NCBI GenBank assembly: GCA_031431875.1
Contig: JANPEF010000082.1
Location: 1 to 64,000, forward strand
Length of the DNA: 64,000 nucleotides
Direction: 5' to 3'
Origin: Candidatus Eiseniibacteriota bacterium
GTDB lineage: Bacteria > Eisenbacteria > RBG-16-71-46 > DASYSL01
The position numbers and the translations under genes are program-made. Below are positions 53,765 through 62,501 of this stretch, in pieces (position 1 is the stretch's first letter; every line of letters starts with the position of its first letter). The notes below the pieces were generated by a model that was given only the letters and a program-made list of their open reading frames with translations, was not told the DNA's origin and did no database searches.

Positions 53765-54981
53765 GCATGCTGCTCGCCCTCGAGGCCTCCGGCGCGCGCG
53801 CCGAAGTCGCGGTCTGCGATGTGGACGGCGACGTGCGGGCCGCGCGCCACCGGCCCGCCGCCACTGAGCATGCGCGGATCCTCGCCGGGCTCGTCGACGA
53901 GGTGCTCCGCGAAGCTGCGGTCGGCGCGCGCGACCTCGCCGGCGTTGCGGTCGACGTCGGTCCGGGCTCGTTCACCGCGCTCAGGATCGCGCTCGCCACC
54001 GCGCACGGCATCGCCCAGCCGGGCGCCGCGCGCGTCGTGGGCGTGACCTCGTTCGCCGCGCTGGTCCACGGCCTCATGCGGCCGAAGCGGGTGGTCATCC
54101 CGTTGGTTCCCGCGGGGCGCACGCTGCTGTACGCCGGGTTCTACCGCGCCGACGCGCAGGGGCGTCTCACGCTGCTGCGCGGCCCGGCGGCCGCCGACCT
54201 CCCGAGGCTGCAGGTCCTGGTCGAGGAAGCGCTCGCGCTTCGCGCGGGAAAAGTCGCGCCGCACTTCGTCGGGCCGGGAGCGGCCCGGGAGCGCGAGGGG
54301 CTCGAGGCGCGCTGGCCCGGCTCGACTGGCAACGGCGCCACCGTTGACGCGGCCGAGGGCCCCGCGGTCGAAGCGGTCGCCCGGCTCGGCGCGCAGATGC
54401 TCGCCCCGCGTGGCCCCGCCGGCATGCCCTTGCCCAACTCCGTTGCCGACGCCGACGGGGCGACCCGCCCGCTCTACGTCCGGGTGCCGCAGGCGGTCGC
54501 CAACCTGCCCGCCGAGCGCCCCTCGTGGCGCGAACTCACGCTCGCGCCGTTCACCGAGAGCGATCTCGACGAGGCGCTCGTCATCGAGCAAGCCGTGTTC
54601 AGCGATGCATGGCCGCGCCAGTTTTTCCTCGAGGAAATCCGCCAGGCGGGCTCGCGGGCGCTGGCCGTCCGGCACCGTGGTACTCTCGCCGGATACCTGC
54701 TGGCGTGGCGTCTCGACCATGAATGGCACCTGGGGAACATCGCCGTCGCGCCCGCCCACCAGCGGCGTGGCATCGGGCGCTTCCTGCTCGAGACGCTGGT
54801 GCGCGAGGCCGATGCCGCGGGCGACGTGTCGATCACGCTCGAGGTGCGGCCGTCGAATTTCGCCGCGCAGGAACTGTACCGTGTGTTCGGCTTCCGCGCC
54901 GTGGCCCTGCGCCGCGGCTACTATCAGGACACCGGCGAGGACGCGCTCATCATGATGCGTGATCCGCGCGCGGGTGCGTGA
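53761..54981 (+). CDS. tsaB: TsaB-RimI fusion protein
   Basis: N-terminal LLALEAS..H...GPGSFTALRI..PLYVR. C-terminal GNAT with IE..VF..W, NIAV.P..QRRGIG, LEVR.SN..A..LY, RRGYY..EDA. No stop between the domains. Confidence 0.88.
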   Translation: MSMLLALEASGARAEVAVCDVDGDVRAARHRPAATEHARILAGLVDEVLREAAVGARDLAGVAVDVGPGSFTALRIALATAHGIAQPGAARVVGVTSFAALVHGLMRPKRVVIPLVPAGRTLLYAGFYRADAQGRLTLLRGPAAADLPRLQVLVEEALALRAGKVAPHFVGPGAAREREGLEARWPGSTGNGATVDAAEGPAVEAVARLGAQMLAPRGPAGMPLPNSVADADGATRPLYVRVPQAVANLPAERPSWRELTLAPFTESDLDEALVIEQAVFSDAWPRQFFLEEIRQAGSRALAVRHRGTLAGYLLAWRLDHEWHLGNIAVAPAHQRRGIGRFLLETLVREADAAGDVSITLEVRPSNFAAQELYRVFGFRAVALRRGYYQDTGEDALIMMRDPRAGA

Positions 54982-54991
54982 AGGAGCGGGC

Positions 54992-55882
54992 ATGTCCTGG
55001 CTCAAGAAGAAGAAGACCGGGATCACGACGCAGGACAAGAAGGAGATCCCCGGCGGCCTGTTCATCAAGTGCGACGGCTGCGGTGAGATCCTCTACCAGC
55101 CCGAGCTCGAGGCAGCGCTGTGGACCTGTCCCAAGTGCAGCCACCACTTCCGCATCGCCTCCAGCGACTACGTCGGCCTGCTCGTCGACCCGGGCTCGTT
55201 CGACGAGCTGTTCACCGACCTGGTGGCCGAGGATCCGCTCGAGTTCAAGGATGCGCGCATGCGCTATCCCGACCGCTACGCCCAGGCGCGCAAGGCGACC
55301 GGCCTCAACGACGCCGTGCGCACCGGCCGCGCCACGATCGACGGCGTGCCCACAGCGCTCGCCGTGATGGACTTCTTCTTCATGGCCGGCTCGATGGGCT
55401 CGGTCGTGGGCGAAAAGGTCGCGCGCACGATCGAGCTGGCGATCGCCGAGCGCCGCGCGCTGGTCATCGTCACCGCCTCGGGCGGCGCGCGCATGCAGGA
55501 GGGCATCCTCTCGCTCATGCAGATGGCGAAGACCTCGGCGCTGCTGGCCACGCTCAAGGAGGCGCGCCTGCCGTTCCTGTCGGTCCTGAGCGATCCGTCG
55601 ACGGCCGGCGTGATGGCGTCGTACGCCTCGCTCGGCGACGTGATCCTCGGCGAGCCGGGGGCGCTGATCGGCTTCGCCGGGCCGCGCGTCATCCAGGACA
55701 CGATCGGCGAGGAACTGCCGGCGGGCTTCCAGCGCTCGGACTTCGTGCTCGATCACGGAATGCTCGACGCGGTCGTTCACCGCAAGGAAATGCGCGAACA
55801 CGTCGCACGGCTGCTCGGATTCTTCCGCCAGTCCACCGACGGCTTCCAGCCGGCCCCGGCGGACGCGCTCTACCGGCCCTGA
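54992..55882 (+). CDS. accD: Acetyl-CoA carboxylase carboxyltransferase beta subunit
   Basis: KC..C..CPKC zinc finger, GSMGSVVGEK, SGGARMQEG, LMQMAKTS, FAGPRVI. Confidence 0.96.
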   Translation: MSWLKKKKTGITTQDKKEIPGGLFIKCDGCGEILYQPELEAALWTCPKCSHHFRIASSDYVGLLVDPGSFDELFTDLVAEDPLEFKDARMRYPDRYAQARKATGLNDAVRTGRATIDGVPTALAVMDFFFMAGSMGSVVGEKVARTIELAIAERRALVIVTASGGARMQEGILSLMQMAKTSALLATLKEARLPFLSVLSDPSTAGVMASYASLGDVILGEPGALIGFAGPRVIQDTIGEELPAGFQRSDFVLDHGMLDAVVHRKEMREHVARLLGFFRQSTDGFQPAPADALYRP

Positions 55883-57201
55883 TCCCGCACGACGCGTATC
55901 GCGCGGCGCTCGAGCGCCTGTACGGTCTCGAGCGCGGCAAGACCGGCTTCGGCCTGGCGGGCACGCGCGCGCTCGTCGAGGCACTCGGCCGCCCTGACCG
56001 TGCTTTCCGCTCCGTGCACCTGGCCGGCACCAACGGCAAGGGCTCGACCGCCGCGCTGATCGAGCGCGGCCTGCGCGCCGCCGGCGCCCGCACCGGATTG
56101 TTCACCTCGCCCCATCTCGTCGACTTCCGCGAGCGCCTGCGCCTCGACGGCCGCCCCGCCGCGGCCGCCGACGTGGCGCGCGCGCTCGCCCGCGTCGAGG
56201 CCATTCCCGCGCCGCCGGGGCACCCGCGCACGTTCTTCGAGGCCACGTTCGGCCTCGGCTGCGCGCTGTTCGCCGACGCCCGGGTCGACTGGGGCGTGCT
56301 CGAGTGCGGGCTCGGCGGCCGGCTCGACGCGACCAACGTCGTCACGCCGGCGCTCGGCGTGATCACGCCGATCGGGCTCGACCACGCCGAAATCCTGGGC
56401 GACACGCTCGAGGCGATCGCCGGCGAGAAGGCCGGCATCTTCAAGTCCGGCGTCCCGGTCGTGATCGCCGCACAGGCGCCGGCCGCCCATGCCGTGCTGG
56501 TCCGCATCGCGCAGGCCGTCGGCGCGCCGCTCGAGGCGGGGTCCGAACGCGCGCGGCTCGTCGCCGTCGACCGCATCGGCCCCGAGGGCAGCGACGTGCG
56601 CTTCGACGTCGCGGGCTTCGGCGCGGTCGAAGCCCGGCTGGCACTGGTGGGCCGCCACCAGGTCGAGAACGCGCGCACTGCGCTGGCCGTGCTCTCGCTG
56701 CTGGCCGCGCGCGAGCCCGGGCTCGGGCTCGATGCCGCGTGCGCCCGCACCGCGCTGTCGAGCGTGCGCTGGCCCGGGCGCTTCGAGTCCTGCCCGGGCG
56801 AGCCGCGACTGTGGTGGGACGGGGCGCACAATCCCGATGGCGCGCGCGTCGTGCGCGCGGCGTGGCGCGAGGCGCTGGGCGATCCGCCGGGTACGCTCGT
56901 GCTCGGGGTCTCGACCGACAAGGATCTCGACGCGATGCTCGGAGCGTTCGCCGGCCCGTGGCGGCGCGTGCACGCGGTCGCCGCCGAGAGTTCGCGCGCG
57001 GTGCCGCCGGAGGCGCTGGCCGCCGCGGTCGGTCGCGCCTGGCCCGGGATCGAGGCGACGGCGCACGCGTCGGTCGCCACGGGTGTCCAGGCCGCGCTCG
57101 AACGCGCGACGGGGGACGAACGAGTGCTCGTGGCCGGTTCGCTGTTCGTCGTCGGCGAAGCCATGAGCGCGATGGGCGCGGCGGAGGTGGCGTGCTCCTG
57201 A
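55879..57201 (+). CDS. folC: Folylpolyglutamate synthase/dihydrofolate synthase (probable CTG start)
   Basis: HLAGTNGKGS, FTSPHL..FRER, TFFE, GLGGRLDATN, WPGRF, DGAHN, GSLFVVG. Confidence 0.92.
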   Translation: MIPHDAYRAALERLYGLERGKTGFGLAGTRALVEALGRPDRAFRSVHLAGTNGKGSTAALIERGLRAAGARTGLFTSPHLVDFRERLRLDGRPAAAADVARALARVEAIPAPPGHPRTFFEATFGLGCALFADARVDWGVLECGLGGRLDATNVVTPALGVITPIGLDHAEILGDTLEAIAGEKAGIFKSGVPVVIAAQAPAAHAVLVRIAQAVGAPLEAGSERARLVAVDRIGPEGSDVRFDVAGFGAVEARLALVGRHQVENARTALAVLSLLAAREPGLGLDAACARTALSSVRWPGRFESCPGEPRLWWDGAHNPDGARVVRAAWREALGDPPGTLVLGVSTDKDLDAMLGAFAGPWRRVHAVAAESSRAVPPEALAAAVGRAWPGIEATAHASVATGVQAALERATGDERVLVAGSLFVVGEAMSAMGAAEVACS

Positions 57202-60200
57202 GGCGAACCGTCGCGTTTGCGATCTCCGTGCTTCTTGCCGCGATCGCGGCCGTGGTTCCGGTCGAGGGGCAGGTGGCGCCCCCGGCTTCGGCTCCGGCTG
57301 CGCCCGCGCCCGTCGATTCCGCGCGCGCGATCGCGGACACAACCGCCGCCCTCCGCGATTCCGCCGCCGTTTCACGCGACACGACCCTCCCACCCGCGAC
57401 CGCGCCTCCGGTGCGGTCGATCATCACCCAACCCCGCCGCGGCAGCAGTCCGTACAACGTCGTCGCCGATCGCCTCGAGGGGGGACGCACCGCGCTCGAG
57501 GGCGAGGTGATCATGCTCATCGGCAACGTGACGCTGTCGCGCGACGGCACGGTGGTGAAGAGCCAGACCGGCCGCTACGTGAAGCGCGAGGGCACCATTT
57601 ACCTGACCGGCGGCGTCGACGCGGTCGACGGCGGGACCCGCGTCACGGCGCTGCAGGCCGCCTACAACGAGGCGACCGACTTCCTCACCCTCATGGGGCA
57701 GGTCGTCGTGCGCGACAAGGACCTGGTGCTGGAGTCCGACCAGGGCTCGTACGACCAGTCGCGCGGCCGCGCCGAGCTGTGGAGCCGCGTGCGGGGGCGT
57801 GACAGGACGCGCACGCTCACCGCCGATCGCGTCACCTACCTGCGCGACGAGCAGGTGGCACAGGCGCGCGGGCGCGTCGTCGCCCGCGACTCGACCGAGG
57901 GGCTCACGCTGACGGGCGAGGCCATCGACTACGACCGCCGGCGCGAGTTCGCGCTCGCCACCGCGCGGCCCACGCTGGTGCAGGCCGGGAAGAACGGGAA
58001 GGGCGCGACGACGCTGGTCGGCGACACGATCACCGTCGCCACGCCCGAGCGCATCGCGACCGCCGCCGGGTCCGTGGTCATCACGCGCGACAGTCTGCGC
58101 GCCGAGGCCGGCCGCATGGTGTACTACGATCGCGAGGAGCGTGGCGTGCTGACCGGCGAGCCGCGCGCGTGGACCGACGAGGTCGACGTGCGCGGCGACT
58201 CGCTCGAGATCTTCACCCGCGACCAGGGAATCGACCGCCTGCTCGTCCTCGCCAACGGGCGCATCGAGTACCACGCCGACTCCGGCGCCGACGCCGGCGG
58301 CAGGAGCCTGCTCACCGCGCAACGCATGGACGTCTGGTTCGACGCCGCGGACGACGGCATCGACAGCCTCTACGCCACCGGCGAGGCGGCGAACGAGTTC
58401 ACGGGGAAGCCGCTGCCCGATCGCCTCTCCGAGTCGAACCGGACGACCGGCGACCTGGTGCGTCTCTACTTCGACGGGAAGGACCTGCAGGAGGCGATCG
58501 TCACCGGCAAGGCCGCGGGCACGTATCGCGCCGAGCTCGCCGCCAGCGACACCGCCGGCGCCCGCGCGAACGCCGTGGAGTACGAGGCCGACCGCATCGT
58601 CTTCGAGGTGCCGAAGAACCGCATCCGCCTCGAGCAGAATGCGGTGCTGCGCTACGAGCAGATCGCGCTGCGCGCCCCTGAGGTCCTGTTCGACGTCAAG
58701 CAGCAGGTGCTCGAGGCCCGCGGCAACCCGCAGCTCGAGGACCGCGGCGACACGTTGCGAGGCACGTCGCTGGCCTACGACCTGGAGACCCGGCGCGGGA
58801 CGGTGTTCGGCGCGCGCACGCGCTACCAGACCGGGTGGTACGCCGGGGACAAGATCCGCCGTCTCGGCGACGACGTAATCGACGTGGGCGGCGCGCGCTA
58901 CTCCACCTGCAACCTCGACGACCCGCACTACGCGTTCCGCTCGGACCGGATGAAGATCTACCTCAAGGACAAGATCATCGCCCGGCCGGTGCTGTTCACG
59001 CTCAAGCACGTCCCGTTGCTGGCGCTCCCCTTCTACGTGTTCCCCATCCGTCAGGAGCGTACGTCGGGCCTGCTCGTGCCGCAGATCCAGTTCGGCTTCG
59101 GCGACGCGACCGGTGGGTATATCCGCAACGCCGGGTACTACTTCGCGCCGAACGACTACACCGACTTCACGGTCTCGGGCGACTGGTATCCGCAGGTGCC
59201 CTCGTGGGTGCTGCGTGGCGAGGCGCGTTACAAGTCGCTGTACAAGTTCGAGGGCCAGATGCAGGGGTCGATCGGGCGCTCGTTCTACACCACGGAGGAG
59301 CGGAATTGGGACTTCCGCGCCCAGCACGCGCAGACGATCAACGACGCCACGTCGCTCACCGCGCGGGCCAACTTCACCTCGAGTGCGGACTACACGCGCG
59401 ATCCGCTCACCGGCCTGCCGCTGGCGAACCGCATCGACCGCTTCCTCACCTCGAACCTGACGCTGTCGCACCGCCGGCCCTGGGCGTCGATCAACCTGGT
59501 GCTGTCCCGCCAGGAGGATCTCGACACGAATCCGATCAGCTCGCCGCTGCCCAAGCTGCAGGAGCAACTGCCGTCGCTGTCGATCGTGCTGCCGTCGCGC
59601 ACCCTGGGCCACAAGCCGGGGGCCACCGGCGGCGCGGGCTTCCTGCCGTTCCTGTCGACCACGTACCTGGGCTTCAATGCGCGCTTCCTCAACGACCGCA
59701 CCGTCTCGACGTTCCTGCGCCGCGACGAGTCGGGCGCGATCGCGGTGTTCGATACGTCGGTCGCCCGCCGCGCCTACCAGCACGTGGTGACGCTGAACGA
59801 CAATCGCCGCCTCGGCTTCGTCAACTTCGGACCGACGTTCCGCTGGACCGAGGTCGTCTACCAATACGATGCGACAGGCAAATCGCCGTCGGCCGGCGGC
59901 ACGTGGGCGGCGGGGGCGGGCGCCTCGATGACGCTGTACGGCACCTCGCACGGCGGGCTCGGTCCGATCACCTCGATTCGCCACGTGTTCCAGCCGATCT
60001 TCTCGTACTCGTTCCAGCCCCAATTCAGCCGCTTGCGCGTGCAGGTGCCGACCAGCGACACGACGTTCGCCACCGTCGACCGCTTCCCGCCGTTCGGCGG
60101 CATCGGGCTTTCGGGCACGCGACAGAGCTTCCTGTCGGTCAACCTGGTGAACCGCTTCGAGGCCAAGGTGCGGACCGAGAAGGGCGAGCGCGTGCTGTCG

Positions 60201-60851
60201 AACCTGCTCGGGATCGGCATCAACACCGCCTACGACTTCCTGCACGAGGCCAACGGCCGGGAGACGCCATGGCAGCCGATTCTGACCACGGTGCGCGTCC
60301 AGCCACCGAACTACATCAGCGGCGACCTGTCCCTGCGCCATGATCCCGCGGTGGACAAGCTGCTGCGCAACGCTTCGGCTTCGCTGTCGTTGCGCTTCGC
60401 CGGCGGGGGGCGTCCACCGGCGGTCGCCGAGATCCCGCTGGCCGGGAACGAGGCGCAGACTCGCGGCCCGCGCGACCAACTCGTGCCGTGGAGCCTGTCG
60501 ACCTCGATCAGTTACGGGGGCAGCCGGAACGTCCTCGAGAACTGGCAGCACAGCGAGTCGGCCAACCTCGTGGCCGAGATCCAGCCCACCGCCAACTGGA
60601 CGGTGCACTACTACAACCAGATCGATCTCAACGAGCGGCGGATCGTGGCCCAGGAGTGGTCGGTCACGCGCACGCTCCATTGCTGGCAGGCGCAATTCGT
60701 GCGGCGGTTCTCGGGGGGAACGGCCGATTACTACTTCAAGATCGGGATCCTCGACCGCCCCGAGATCTTCCTCGACCGCGGCACCGCCGGGCTGGGGACG
60801 ATCGGCGGCCTGGGCTCGCTGGGTGGGATCGGGTCCTCGCTGGTGCCCTGA
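57192..60851 (+). CDS. lptD: LPS-assembly protein LptD with extended OstA/beta-jellyroll repeats
   Basis: RBS ggagg plus GTG, signal peptide, repeated jellyroll units, YSTC....PHY, R.SGLL.P, GYYFA, R.LHCW. Confidence 0.85.
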   Translation: MLLRRTVAFAISVLLAAIAAVVPVEGQVAPPASAPAAPAPVDSARAIADTTAALRDSAAVSRDTTLPPATAPPVRSIITQPRRGSSPYNVVADRLEGGRTALEGEVIMLIGNVTLSRDGTVVKSQTGRYVKREGTIYLTGGVDAVDGGTRVTALQAAYNEATDFLTLMGQVVVRDKDLVLESDQGSYDQSRGRAELWSRVRGRDRTRTLTADRVTYLRDEQVAQARGRVVARDSTEGLTLTGEAIDYDRRREFALATARPTLVQAGKNGKGATTLVGDTITVATPERIATAAGSVVITRDSLRAEAGRMVYYDREERGVLTGEPRAWTDEVDVRGDSLEIFTRDQGIDRLLVLANGRIEYHADSGADAGGRSLLTAQRMDVWFDAADDGIDSLYATGEAANEFTGKPLPDRLSESNRTTGDLVRLYFDGKDLQEAIVTGKAAGTYRAELAASDTAGARANAVEYEADRIVFEVPKNRIRLEQNAVLRYEQIALRAPEVLFDVKQQVLEARGNPQLEDRGDTLRGTSLAYDLETRRGTVFGARTRYQTGWYAGDKIRRLGDDVIDVGGARYSTCNLDDPHYAFRSDRMKIYLKDKIIARPVLFTLKHVPLLALPFYVFPIRQERTSGLLVPQIQFGFGDATGGYIRNAGYYFAPNDYTDFTVSGDWYPQVPSWVLRGEARYKSLYKFEGQMQGSIGRSFYTTEERNWDFRAQHAQTINDATSLTARANFTSSADYTRDPLTGLPLANRIDRFLTSNLTLSHRRPWASINLVLSRQEDLDTNPISSPLPKLQEQLPSLSIVLPSRTLGHKPGATGGAGFLPFLSTTYLGFNARFLNDRTVSTFLRRDESGAIAVFDTSVARRAYQHVVTLNDNRRLGFVNFGPTFRWTEVVYQYDATGKSPSAGGTWAAGAGASMTLYGTSHGGLGPITSIRHVFQPIFSYSFQPQFSRLRVQVPTSDTTFATVDRFPPFGGIGLSGTRQSFLSVNLVNRFEAKVRTEKGERVLSNLLGIGINTAYDFLHEANGRETPWQPILTTVRVQPPNYISGDLSLRHDPAVDKLLRNASASLSLRFAGGGRPPAVAEIPLAGNEAQTRGPRDQLVPWSLSTSISYGGSRNVLENWQHSESANLVAEIQPTANWTVHYYNQIDLNERRIVAQEWSVTRTLHCWQAQFVRRFSGGTADYYFKIGILDRPEIFLDRGTAGLGTIGGLGSLGGIGSSLVP

Positions 60852-60924
60852 GCCGACCGCCGAGGCCTCCCGTCCGCAAGTTGCAAAGCCTTGCCCGCGC
60901 GCCGCTTGGGGCGGGGGGTGCCGC

Positions 60925-60954
60925 TTGACCGGGGATTTCCCCGGCCCGTACACT
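60925..60954 (+). promoter_or_regulatory. Sigma70-type promoter TTGACC-N18-TACACT with a palindrome in the spacer
   Basis: Hexamers at 60925-60930 and 60949-60954. CCGGGGA-TT-TCCCCGG at 60929-60944. Confidence 0.6.
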
Positions 60955-61007
60955 CGATCCATTCGCCGTACCCGCCGGGGGGTCCCCCGGCTCACAGGAG
61001 GAACTTC

Positions 61008-62360
61008 ATGTCTGTTTCGACGCTGCGCTCGCGGGCGCTCCTGCTCGTGTTCGTGTCCCTCGTCGTCCTTGGCTGGACGGCGTCGGGCGCGCGCACGCAA
61101 GGGAAGCTGACGGGCAAGGTGCTTCCGGTCATCAGCACGTCTGATGTGATCGGTTACACCGCGCCCTGCGGCTGACACACGCCCAAGGGTGGGCTGGCCC
61201 GGCGGGCCAGTTTGATCGACAGCACGAGGATCAAGTTCGGCGATGCGGTCGTCGTCGACGCAGGCGACTGGGCTCCGGACTTCACCAAGCCCAACGAGGC
61301 TCCCAAGCTCCAGTTCCTGCTCGAGATGGCGAACCTCATGAACTACGACGCCCTCGGTGTGGGCGAGCGGGAGCTTGCGTTCGGCCTGCCGACGATCCTC
61401 GAGTTGGCCGCGAAGTCGAAGTCGCCGTTGATTTCGTCGAACCTGATCGACAAGAAGACGGGCAAGCCCGTGTTCAAGACGTCGGTCATCGTCAAGAAGG
61501 GCGGCATCAAGGTCGGCATCTTCGCGGTCCTCGGACCGAAGATCGATCTGCCGGGCAACTCCGGCGAGCTGGTCACGGTCGATGATCCGATCGCGACCGC
61601 GCAGGCCATGGTCGCCGAGTTGCGCAAGCAGGTCGACGTCATCGTCTGCCTCGCGCACCTGGGCCGCGTCGAAGGCGAGGATCTCGCCGCGCAGGTGCCG
61701 GGGATGGATGTCGTGATTCTCGCGCACCACCCGGGCTTCGTCGCCCAGGGCCGGCGCGTCAACGCGGCGATCACGGTCGCCAGCGGTGAGCAGGGCCAGA
61801 ACGTCGGCTTCACGCAGGTGACGCTCGAAGGCAAGAAGGTGATGGACCTCACCTCGGAGACGAAGATCCTGATGCCCGAGATTGGCGACCGCGGCGACAT
61901 CGCGCGGATGGTCAAGGAGTTCGACGACAAGCTGAACGAGGAACAGCGCAAGGCGCAGCAGACGCAGACGCTGCAGAACTCGTCGACGGCGCCCGGGTCG
62001 GATCAGTACCTGGGCAGCGAGAATTGCATGAGCTGCCACCCGGCGCAGTACGAGCAGTGGAAGACGACGCAGCACGCGCACGCCTTCGCCACGCTCGAGC
62101 GGACGCAGAAGGATGCGACGCCCGAGTGCGTCCAGTGCCACGTGGTCGGCTTTGGCCGGCCGGGCGGGTACGAGAACGCGTCGAAGTCGGCGAAGCTCAA
62201 GAACGTCGGTTGCGAGTCGTGCCATGGCTACGGCACGCAGCACGACATGTTCGCGAAGACCGGCGGCAAGGTGGCCGAAGCCGTCTGCCTGACCTGCCAC
62301 ACCCCGGCGAACGACGCGGGCTGGAACTACGCGGCGAAGTTGCCGCGCGTCTCGCACTAG
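61008..62360 (+). CDS. Predicted selenoprotein (450 aa, Sec56): UshA/SoxB-like metallophosphoesterase-fold domain fused to a tetraheme cytochrome c (c554-like) domain
   Basis: RBS aggagg plus ATG 61008 and signal peptide. SDVIGYTAPCG[TGA 61173-61175]HTPKGGLARRAS continues in frame to VDAGD and CLAHLG, then CMSCH, CVQCH, CESCH and CLTCH. Confidence 0.85.
61191..61213 (+). promoter_or_regulatory. Candidate bacterial SECIS hairpin
   Basis: GGGCTGGCCC-GGC-GGGCCAGTTT. The G-starting apical loop begins 25 nt after the in-frame TGA. Confidence 0.7.
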
Positions 62361-62501
62361 GCGGCGGCGGGGGGCCGGGAGCGGCCCAGGGAAGGTAGCG
62401 TGCGACGCGGGCGCGGTGGTACCCTTGGCGGGTACCGCGCGCCCGCGCGGCGTTACGCCGCGGGACCCGCCTCCCCCGACTCCCTCACGCCGGAAGCGCA
62501 C

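Noticed and set aside
61212..62360. Stand-alone cytochrome starting at TTG 61212
   Set aside because: It has no RBS or signal peptide and cuts off the first motifs of the domain. The readthrough model fits better.
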